64,000 nucleotides of DNA, from NCBI GenBank assembly GCA_017411805.1, contig JAFQPI010000005.1, positions 1,538 to 65,537 of the forward strand. Reading direction: 5' to 3'. Of the stretch, positions 57,079 through 64,000 are shown in pieces. Positions within the stretch are counted from its first letter, which is position 1. Every line of letters starts with the position of its first letter. The translations under genes were made by a program, and so were the position numbers. Under the pieces are notes generated by a model, which was given only the letters and a program-made list of their open reading frames with translations, had not been told where the DNA came from and ran no database searches. The stretch is from Clostridia bacterium (lineage in GTDB: Bacteria > Bacillota > Clostridia > Oscillospirales > CAG-272).

Positions 57079-59466
57079 TTATGCCTGAGCCGTAGTCTTG
57101 ATAAACTCCTTAACGCCCGCGATATCGGCAAACGCGGTGAAGTCCTCGCCTACGATATAGAGCAGAGTGGGAGCCTGACGTGTGTCATACTTCTTTGCGA
57201 AGTCGGGATCATCCTCAAAGTAGACCTTCTCGAACTCGATTCCCGCCTTCTCGAGGAGAGAAGCCGCGATCTTGCACTTGGGGCAGGTCTTGGTTGCAAA
57301 GAGAACAACGCGTCCGTCCTCGTAAACAGCATCACACGTGTTGCTGACTTTACCCTGAGTAACGTTTCCGTGACCTCTGTCCTCGAAGTGAAGCATGGAC
57401 TGTTCGGGATCGTACTCAACTCTTTCCTTATATTCCTGCGACTTGCCGTCGTTCCAGTTCTGAACGGGACGGTAGTAACCGGTAATACGGCTGTAGACCT
57501 CTGTAACCTTGCCGCACTTGGGGCAGGAGAAGTGTTCGCCCGCGATATATCCGTGCTCGGAGCAGACGGAGTATGTGGGAGAGAGAGTATAATAGGGGAG
57601 CTTGTAGTTCTCCGCGATCTTGCGGATGAGTGAGGCTGCCGCCTTCCAATCGGGAAGCTTTTCGCCGAGGAAGGTATGGAATACGGTGCCGGAGGTATAG
57701 AGAGTCTGGAGCTCGTCCTGAATATCGAGAGCCGCAAATACGTCGTCGGTGAAGCTTACGGGGAGGTGGGAGGAGTTTGTATAGTAGGGAGTTTCGCCCC
57801 GGGACGCTGTAATGATATCGGGATATCTCTTCTTGTCGTGCTTAGCAAGACGGTAGGAGGTGGACTCTGCGGGAGTTGCCTCGAGGTTGTAGAGATCGCC
57901 GTACATTTCCTGATAGTCGGAAAGTCTCTCGCGCATATGATTGAGAACGTCCTGGGTGAACTTCTGTGCCTTCTTATCGGTGAGATCCTTCTTGAGCCAC
58001 TTAGCATTGAGGCAAGCCTCGTTCATGCCGACAAGACCGATGGTCGAGAAGTGGTTGTTGAAGGTGCCGAGGTAACGCTTGGTGTAGGGATAGAGGCCCT
58101 CGTCGAGGAGCTTGGTGATAACGTCGCGCTTGATCTTGAGCGAACGAGCCGCGATATCCATAAGTCTGTCGAGCTTACGGTAGAAATCGTCCTCATTCTC
58201 GGCAGTATAACCGAGGCGGGGCATATTGATGGTAACAACGCCGACGGAACCCGTGCTCTCGCCGCTTCCGAAATAACCGCCCGACTTCTTGCGAAGCTCG
58301 CGGAGGTCAAGACGCAGACGGCAACACATGGAACGAACGTCGCTCGGCTCCATATCGCTGTTGATGTAATTCGAGAAATAAGGAATGCCGTACTTCGAGG
58401 TCATCTCGAAAAGAAGGCGGTTGTTCTCGGTATCCGACCAGTCAAAATCACGTGTGATCGAATAGGTGGGGATGGGATACTGGAATCCGCGGCCGTTGAC
58501 GTCGCCCTCGATCATGATCTCGATGAACGCCTTGTTGACCATATCCATTTCCTTCTTGCAGTCACCGTAGGTGAAGTCCTGTTCACGACCGCCGACGATA
58601 GCGGGCTTGTCGATCATATCGGGAGGACATACCCAGTCGAGAGTGATGTTCGAGAAGGGTGCCTGAGTACCCCAACGCGAGGGAGTGTTTACACCGTAAA
58701 CGAAGGACTCGATGCACTTCTTGACCTGATCGTAGGTAAGATTATCGGTCTTTACGAAGGGAGCGAGGTATGTGTCGAAGGAGGAGAAAGCCTGCGCGCC
58801 TGCCCACTCGTTCTGCATGATACCGAGGAAGTTGACCATCTGGTTACAGAGTGTGGCAAGATGCTTAGCGGGAGCGGAAGAGATCTTTCCCGTGATTCCG
58901 CCGAGACCGTCCTCGATAAGCTGACGGAGCGACCAACCTGCGCAATAGCCGGTCAGCATGGAGAGATCGTGGAGATGGAGATCCGCACTCTGATGTGCCT
59001 GAGCGATCTCGTCGTCATAGATCTCGGAGAGCCAATAGTTTGCGGTGATGGCGCCCGAGTTCGAGAGGATAAGTCCTCCGACCGAATAGGTTACGGTCGA
59101 GTTTTCCTTAACTCTCCAGTCTGTGCTCTTAACGTAGGAGTCAACGAGAGCCTTGTAGTCAAGGATCGTGGACTTCATATTACGGAGCTTTTCGCGCTGA
59201 CGGCGGTAGAGGATGTATGCCTTTGCAACGTCCTCGTAGCCCGCCTGCGCAAGAACAGCCTCAACGCTGTCCTGAATGTCCTCAACCGCGATCTTCTCGT
59301 CCTTTACCTTGGGCTCGAAGTGGGAGGTGACGCGAATGGCGATAAGATCGATCACGTCGGGATTATATTTTCTGTCGCAAGCCTCGAATGCAAGCGTTAT
59401 CGCCTTGGATATCTTGGAAATATCAAAATCTACTGTTTTGCCGTTTCTTTTAACTACCTGATACAT
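57079..59466 (-). CDS. nrdD: anaerobic (class III) ribonucleoside-triphosphate reductase with C-terminal thioredoxin-fold extension
   Basis: 795 aa. ATP-cone N-terminus (VVKRNGKTVDFDISKI), Zn-ribbon CPKCG, and glycyl-radical motif SRITGYYRPVQNWNDGK. A 108-aa extension follows, containing VVLFATKTCPKCK (CPKC at 57274-57285). Confidence 0.9.
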   Translation of the reverse strand: MYQVVKRNGKTVDFDISKISKAITLAFEACDRKYNPDVIDLIAIRVTSHFEPKVKDEKIAVEDIQDSVEAVLAQAGYEDVAKAYILYRRQREKLRNMKSTILDYKALVDSYVKSTDWRVKENSTVTYSVGGLILSNSGAITANYWLSEIYDDEIAQAHQSADLHLHDLSMLTGYCAGWSLRQLIEDGLGGITGKISSAPAKHLATLCNQMVNFLGIMQNEWAGAQAFSSFDTYLAPFVKTDNLTYDQVKKCIESFVYGVNTPSRWGTQAPFSNITLDWVCPPDMIDKPAIVGGREQDFTYGDCKKEMDMVNKAFIEIMIEGDVNGRGFQYPIPTYSITRDFDWSDTENNRLLFEMTSKYGIPYFSNYINSDMEPSDVRSMCCRLRLDLRELRKKSGGYFGSGESTGSVGVVTINMPRLGYTAENEDDFYRKLDRLMDIAARSLKIKRDVITKLLDEGLYPYTKRYLGTFNNHFSTIGLVGMNEACLNAKWLKKDLTDKKAQKFTQDVLNHMRERLSDYQEMYGDLYNLEATPAESTSYRLAKHDKKRYPDIITASRGETPYYTNSSHLPVSFTDDVFAALDIQDELQTLYTSGTVFHTFLGEKLPDWKAAASLIRKIAENYKLPYYTLSPTYSVCSEHGYIAGEHFSCPKCGKVTEVYSRITGYYRPVQNWNDGKSQEYKERVEYDPEQSMLHFEDRGHGNVTQGKVSNTCDAVYEDGRVVLFATKTCPKCKIAASLLEKAGIEFEKVYFEDDPDFAKKYDTRQAPTLLYIVGEDFTAFADIAGVKEFIKTTAQA

Positions 59467-59489
59467 GCTGTTTCTTCCTTTCTCATTTT

Positions 59490-59613
59490 TATCTATATAT
59501 AGTGCTTGGGTTTTAGCGTGGCGAGTTATATTATACTATATATTGTGTTTTTTGTCAACCCCTAAAAACAAGATATTGTGCTGATTTTGAAAAATCAGCA
59601 CAATATATAGTAA
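59490..59613. promoter_or_regulatory. cluster of four NrdR-box-like palindromes
   Basis: Compared with the NrdR-box consensus acaCwAtATaTwGtgt: 59533-59548 ATACTATATATTGTGT (15/16), 59566-59581 (13/16), 59598-59613 (13/16), 59490-59505 (core CTATATATAGTG 12/12). The last three centres are spaced 32-33 bp. Confidence 0.6.
59530..59558 (-). promoter_or_regulatory. consensus sigma-A promoter of nrdD
   Basis: Minus strand reads TTGACA, 17-nt spacer, TATAAT (plus-strand TGTCAA at 59553-59558 and ATTATA at 59530-59535). The best NrdR box fills the spacer and -10. Confidence 0.6.
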
Positions 59614-59648
59614 ATATTCTGTTTTTTTGGTTAGTTTCAACAATAAAA

Positions 59649-60347
59649 TCAATCAACTCCGCGGATCTCAACGAGTCCGACCGCGTCTTTTACGATATCG
59701 GCGAAAGATTCAATTTCACCTCTATCGAATCCGTGAAGTCCGCCGTACATTACAGCGCCCGAATCGACGAAATTCTGGAGGTAATACGCCTTCGCTCCGC
59801 GGATAAATTCTGCAATTCCGCGCATCGAATCTTCGTCATGCAGCTCGCGGACGAGCGTGGTGCGCAGCTCATAATCGATCCCCGAAAGCATAATAAACGA
59901 CAGCGATGCGCGAACGAGCTCAACGTCAAAATTCTTGACTCCGACCGTCTGCGCGTATTTTTCGGGCGAATTCTTGATATCCATCGCCACCTTGTCGCAA
60001 AGTCCCTCCGAGATCACGTGCGCGAGACGCTCGGGGTGCGTACCGTTGGTGTCGAGCTTGATCTTGTAATCTCCGATATCGCGGATGGCGCGGAGGAAGT
60101 CCTCAAGATCGGGCTGAAGCAGGGGCTCACCGCCGCTGACACAGATGCCGTCAAGGATGCCTTTACGTTTTTTCAGATGGGCAATCACCTCGTCCACCGT
60201 GTAGCCTTCGGTGCCGCGCGGGTCGAGAACGAGCGGAGAATTGTGACAGAATGGACAGCGCAGATCACATCCGCCCGTGAAAACGGTGCAGGCGGTAAGC
60301 CCGGGGTAGTCGAGAAGAGTCAGTTTGTTAAAGCCTTGAATGTTCAT
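59649..60347 (-). CDS. nrdG: anaerobic ribonucleotide reductase activating protein (radical SAM)
   Basis: 232 aa from MNIQGFNKLTLLDYPG. CDLRCPFCHN radical-SAM cluster motif, GICVSGGEPL, and a GAGGTG RBS. The track start at 60809 overlaps the upstream gene. Confidence 0.88.
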   Translation of the reverse strand: MNIQGFNKLTLLDYPGLTACTVFTGGCDLRCPFCHNSPLVLDPRGTEGYTVDEVIAHLKKRKGILDGICVSGGEPLLQPDLEDFLRAIRDIGDYKIKLDTNGTHPERLAHVISEGLCDKVAMDIKNSPEKYAQTVGVKNFDVELVRASLSFIMLSGIDYELRTTLVRELHDEDSMRGIAEFIRGAKAYYLQNFVDSGAVMYGGLHGFDRGEIESFADIVKDAVGLVEIRGVD

Positions 60348-60355
60348 TTTGCACC

Positions 60356-62173
60356 TCAGTTGTATTCCGCGTAAAAGCTTCTTGCCTTGTAGAAGGCTCT
60401 GCCCTCGAAAATATATCCGATTGAGATCGCTACGCTTCCGTGGAATTCGTAAAGATTGAAGCGGTCGGTATTGTGATCGGCATAGACCTTGGTTGCGACC
60501 GTCCGTGCCGCAGTACCGTCGGGGAAGGAGCAAATGCACTTGACGTTGCCCGCGTCGATCTGCGACGAGCCCGCGTAATTCGAAATCAGCTCGCCCGTGG
60601 TCTTGTCGAAAATTCTGATGATGCTTCCGCCGACCCATACCTGATCGTCGTTTCCGCTGATGGCGGAAAGATCGTGGCCGCCCTTCATTCCGTTGCAGCC
60701 GTAGGAGGAGATCTTCGTCATTGTGGGAGCTTCGGAATCGCCGCCTATCTCGTAAGCTACGATCTCGCTGCTTCCCATAGCCCACAAGACCTCGCGCGTC
60801 TCGTCCCAAAGGACTGCGTGCGCGCTGGTCAGCTGAGCCGAAGCATATCTGTTATTTCTTGCTTTTTCAGTCGAATAAACGCGGATGAATCCCTTGCTCG
60901 TATCGCTTCCGCCCGAGGAAGCGACCGCTACCAAGCCGGAAGGCAGATACTCGATCGAATGAGGAGAGGTACCCTTAAGCTCAACCTCCCAGAGGCATTT
61001 TTCTTCGGGATAGGACGCAACACCAACGTATCCCGATGATGACGTGAACATAATGATATAAGTTCCCCACTTTTCGCTGTAGCGCAGACGCGCCTCGTCA
61101 ACGCGGTTGCCGTAGCCGTTCAGCGAGAATCCGTTCGTGGTCTTCGGCTTGAATTCATATTTATGGATAGGCTCCTTACCGCTCGAAAGATCATATACCG
61201 CTATGCTCGCGTTAAGCTGATCGGTAAGCGCAATGGGCTTGGTGCCGAAATCGGTGAGCGTTGGCAAGGAAACACGCTCGAAAGCGATCGTCTTTACATC
61301 GCCGAGCGTCAGAGAGACCTTCTCCTGTCCCTTCGGGAAAAGCTGATCGGTCAGAAGTCGGGCAGCCTTTACGACAAGTCCGCCCTCGCCGCAGAGAATT
61401 ACGTTTCCGTCCTTAGCTCCGAGGGCGTATTCGGAATCCTTGACCGTGAAGCCGGACGCGCGTCCGATAAGTATCTGCTTGCCCGAAGCCGAGCCCGTTT
61501 TCAGAGTTTCGAGAAGTATGCCCGTCTTTTCAAGTATACGCTCCGAGATCATTTCTGCCGCGTATCTTTCATCGGCATCGGCATAAGCGGGGATCACGAG
61601 CGAATATTCGCCGATCGGCACGCCCTCAAGCAGGCATTCGCTGACCGCATACTGACCCGCCGAGAAGTAGGAAAGGCCGTATTCAATCCCGCCGTCCTTG
61701 AAGCAGAATTCGAGGAAATGCTCCATAGCCTTCAAGGTTGCTTCATAGCTGCCGCCGCAGACGACGATCCTTCCGCTTTCGGGGAAATATTTGATTGCAA
61801 AATCGTCGGCAAGGAGATCAGCCATGACCTCCGCGGTCTCGGGGCGATTCGTTTCGCCGACGAGGATCTCGAGTGCCTTTTCGGGCAGAGTTTCACCGGA
61901 TTTATACCAGTCGTCACCGATCGCGATGTCCTTCACCGTCTCCTCAAGCGTATTCTTGAACTTGACAGACGCCGAGATCATATCCTTCGACGCTTTTGAA
62001 GAACGGACGACCTTGTAGCCGGAAAGCAATACGCTTGAAGGCAGCTCGGTCTTCTCCTCGGTAGGTCTCTCAACTCCGGGGTCTGTAACGACAGGATCGA
62101 GCAGGTCGTCCGAGCAGGACGAAAAAAGCATCAGAAAGCAAATCATCAGGGTAATTAATCTATATATCTTCAT
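60356..62173 (-). CDS. large lipoprotein, unknown function (C-terminal propeller-like region)
   Basis: 605 aa from MKIYRLITLMICFLMLFSSC (lipobox; GGAGGA RBS). No recognisable catalytic motifs. Confidence 0.5.
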   Translation of the reverse strand: MKIYRLITLMICFLMLFSSCSDDLLDPVVTDPGVERPTEEKTELPSSVLLSGYKVVRSSKASKDMISASVKFKNTLEETVKDIAIGDDWYKSGETLPEKALEILVGETNRPETAEVMADLLADDFAIKYFPESGRIVVCGGSYEATLKAMEHFLEFCFKDGGIEYGLSYFSAGQYAVSECLLEGVPIGEYSLVIPAYADADERYAAEMISERILEKTGILLETLKTGSASGKQILIGRASGFTVKDSEYALGAKDGNVILCGEGGLVVKAARLLTDQLFPKGQEKVSLTLGDVKTIAFERVSLPTLTDFGTKPIALTDQLNASIAVYDLSSGKEPIHKYEFKPKTTNGFSLNGYGNRVDEARLRYSEKWGTYIIMFTSSSGYVGVASYPEEKCLWEVELKGTSPHSIEYLPSGLVAVASSGGSDTSKGFIRVYSTEKARNNRYASAQLTSAHAVLWDETREVLWAMGSSEIVAYEIGGDSEAPTMTKISSYGCNGMKGGHDLSAISGNDDQVWVGGSIIRIFDKTTGELISNYAGSSQIDAGNVKCICSFPDGTAARTVATKVYADHNTDRFNLYEFHGSVAISIGYIFEGRAFYKARSFYAEYN

Positions 62174-62254
62174 TTTCAATTCCTCCGTACCCATACATTT
62201 TACAATTATTTATGTGAAAAGTCAAGTGATTAGAGAAAAAATTTCGTTTTCCCC

Positions 62255-62283
62255 TTGAAGGACGGAGAAAAAAGTGGTACAAT
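62255..62283 (+). promoter_or_regulatory. sigma-A promoter of the hydrolase gene
   Basis: TTGAAG (62255-62260), 17-nt spacer, TGgTACAAT (62275-62283). Confidence 0.45.
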
Positions 62284-62325
62284 TATTACATATCGATCAA
62301 CAAGAGTAAAATGGAGGATTCCGAT

Positions 62326-63156
62326 ATGATCAACGAAACCATTCACCTTTGGGACAAGCATCCCGAGGCTACACTTACAACCTATTGCGTAACCAATCAC
62401 CCCGAGCTCAAGCTTAAGCCGCGCCGCGCCGTCGTCGTTTGCCCCGGCGGAGGCTACCACTTCCTCTCCGAGCGCGAGGCTGAGCCCATCGTCTTCAAGT
62501 TCCTCTCCGCGGGCTTCAACGTATTCCTTCTCCGTTATAGTATAGGTCCGAACGCAAAGGACTACGCGCCCTTGATCGAAGCAGGAATGGCTATCAAATA
62601 CGTCCGCGAAAATGCGGAAAAATACAACACCGACCCCGACTACGTCTTCATCAGCGGCTTCTCGGCAGGCGGACATCTTGCCGCAAGCGCGGGAACGCTC
62701 TGGAACGTAAAGCCCGTCCGCGAGGCTCTCGGCATCGAATCGGGCGAGGTTCCCGAGGGCATCAACCGTCCGACGGGAACCATCCTCTCCTACCCCGTTA
62801 TCACAGGCGGCGACAAGGCGCACAAGGGCTCTATCAAGAACGTATCGGGTTGCGATCCCCTCACAGACGAGGCGATCGCCGAATTCTCGCTCGAGCTCCA
62901 CGTCGACGAGACCACCTCGCCCGCCTTCATCTGGCACACCTTCACGGATAAGACGGTTCCCGTAGAAAACGCGCTCCTCTACGCCTCCGCTCTGACCGCG
63001 CATAAAGTCCCCTTCGAGCTTCATATCTACCCCGAGGGTGTTCACGGTCTCTCGCTCTGCAACGAGTGGACCTCCTCGCAGAACCCCGACAAGATCGTTC
63101 CGCATTGCGAAGATTGGATCAATCTTGCTATCAAGTGGGCTCTGGAGCTTAAATAA
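62326..63156 (+). CDS. alpha/beta-hydrolase-fold esterase
   Basis: 276 aa from MINETIHLWD (GGAGGA RBS at 62314-62319). Oxyanion-hole VVCPGGGY, nucleophile elbow GFSAGGH, and C-terminal HIYPEGVHG. Confidence 0.75.
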   Translation: MINETIHLWDKHPEATLTTYCVTNHPELKLKPRRAVVVCPGGGYHFLSEREAEPIVFKFLSAGFNVFLLRYSIGPNAKDYAPLIEAGMAIKYVRENAEKYNTDPDYVFISGFSAGGHLAASAGTLWNVKPVREALGIESGEVPEGINRPTGTILSYPVITGGDKAHKGSIKNVSGCDPLTDEAIAEFSLELHVDETTSPAFIWHTFTDKTVPVENALLYASALTAHKVPFELHIYPEGVHGLSLCNEWTSSQNPDKIVPHCEDWINLAIKWALELK

Positions 63157-63578
63157 TGCCGAAGAATCCAAAGCTCGCCTTTTGGCTCACCGTCATACCG
63201 GCAGCGGCAGGATCGGCGATCTCGGTATACCATCTCTTTCGCGTCGCTCAAACCGTCGCAAACCCCGATTATTCAAAAATGCTCTCGGGCTTTTCGGGGT
63301 CGCTGTACCTGATCTTCGATTATTTTGCAATGTCTCTACCGATATCTCTTCTCTTGCTTTCCGCGCTCCTTCTCAATCTCTTTTGGTCGCGTACGCTCGG
63401 GAAAGGCTGGAATCTCTCCGCCATTGCCGCGATCACGGTATTTCTGGCAAGCGGACTCGTCATCCTGTTTGGGATCAATGCGGGCGCGCCCGCGGTTACG
63501 CTCAATCTCGCGCTACGCACCATAGCGGAGTCACTGACGGCTGTTTTTCTCGCGCACAGCCTGACGGTCAAGAGGTGA
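63156..63578 (+). CDS. small polytopic membrane protein, unknown function
   Basis: 140 aa with 4 hydrophobic helices. Its ATG overlaps the hydrolase stop (TAATG). Confidence 0.5.
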   Translation: MPKNPKLAFWLTVIPAAAGSAISVYHLFRVAQTVANPDYSKMLSGFSGSLYLIFDYFAMSLPISLLLLSALLLNLFWSRTLGKGWNLSAIAAITVFLASGLVILFGINAGAPAVTLNLALRTIAESLTAVFLAHSLTVKR

Positions 63579-63662
63579 ACTGATAACCGCAGACAGCAAA
63601 GCTTATGAAGATCTTTCATTACCGCATTTATTGCGCTTCATTTTGCCGCATCATTCAATAAC

Positions 63663-63712
63663 AAAAAACAACTCGGAAATCAATGAAGATCCATCGATTT
63701 CCGAGTGTTTTT
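63663..63712. terminator. bidirectional intrinsic terminator
   Basis: ACTCGGAAATC ... GATTTCCGAGT (63671-63705) flanked by A- and T-runs, between convergent genes. Confidence 0.75.
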
Positions 63713-63720
63713 ATTTAAAT

Positions 63721-64000
63721 TCATTCTTCGACAAGCTCAATATCCGCGCCGATCGCACGAAGCTTGCCAACGATATCGTCGTAGCCTCTCTCGATCCTCT
63801 CAACGCCCGTGATAGAGGTCTCGCCCTCGGCATTGAGTCCCGCAATGATCAGAGCCGCGCCCGCGCGAAGGTCGGAAGCCTCAACTGCGGCAGATTTGAA
63901 TCTTTCGATTCCCGTAATGGTTGCGCGATTGCCCTCGATCGAGATGTTAGCACCCATCTTCGAAAGCTCATCAACGTATTTGAAGCGATTTTCCCAAACG
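63721..64000 (-). CDS. murA: UDP-N-acetylglucosamine 1-carboxyvinyltransferase, 3' part (5' end outside the window)
   Basis: Hand translation continues in frame to the window edge: ..VWENRFKYVDELSKMGANISIEGNRATITG...DLRAGAALIIAGL...IERGYDDIVGKLRAIGADIELVEE. This matches the conserved MurA C-terminus. Confidence 0.85.
   Translation of the reverse strand, partial: VWENRFKYVDELSKMGANISIEGNRATITGIERFKSAAVEASDLRAGAALIIAGLNAEGETSITGVERIERGYDDIVGKLRAIGADIELVEE

Noticed and set aside
1-64000. I looked for a mobile-element, prophage or defence island: integrase, transposase, reverse transcriptase, restriction-modification, toxin-antitoxin or Cas genes.
   Set aside because: None of the supported ORF translations shows the corresponding catalytic motifs. 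The accessory content here is surface proteins, ECF modules and non-coding repeats.

Overview
The window looks like a chromosomal segment of a moderately GC-rich Firmicute. Gene content, SPxTG sorting signals, BspA-type LRR surface proteins and repeated ECF sigma modules suggest Clostridia, possibly Oscillospiraceae/Ruminococcaceae; this is a taxonomic guess only. All calls come from reading the sequence and ORF translations; no database search, HMM or folding program was run.

About 51 protein genes are supported:
- The rpmG-secE-nusG-rplK-rplA cluster, which ends at a terminator with no rplJL or rpoBC downstream.
- Three paralogous ECF-sigma / membrane anti-sigma-like pairs.
- A GldG/DUF4340-type ABC operon.
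- A CXXC membrane protein followed by a polyferredoxin-thioredoxin fusion.
- A ~15.7-kb same-strand block encoding a 2404-aa S8 protease-LRR surface protein, a lipoprotein and a complete Opp/Dpp-type peptide importer.
- A DegV plus DAK2 pair (FakB/FakA-like).
- Two SPSTG-anchored wall proteins.
- rbfA-nrnA, recA-recX-recG, and nrdG-nrdD-trxB.

I found no rRNA, tRNA, CRISPR array, IS element, integrase, prophage or recognisable defence/toxin genes.

The most unusual content is non-coding:
- A modular repeat family, with five clear copies, made of AGTK-anchored heptads, an AAGG junction and a TTTCC/GGAAA hairpin. Every copy sits in the 3' flank of a gene and has that gene's orientation.
- Hairpin/G-quadruplex competing motifs in a divergent promoter region.
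- A 330-bp palindromic MITE-like element built from related G-rich hairpins.

Protein-level points of interest are an NrdD with a C-terminal thioredoxin-fold domain next to trxB, the NapH-like polyferredoxin-TlpA fusion, and the protease-plus-peptide-importer locus.
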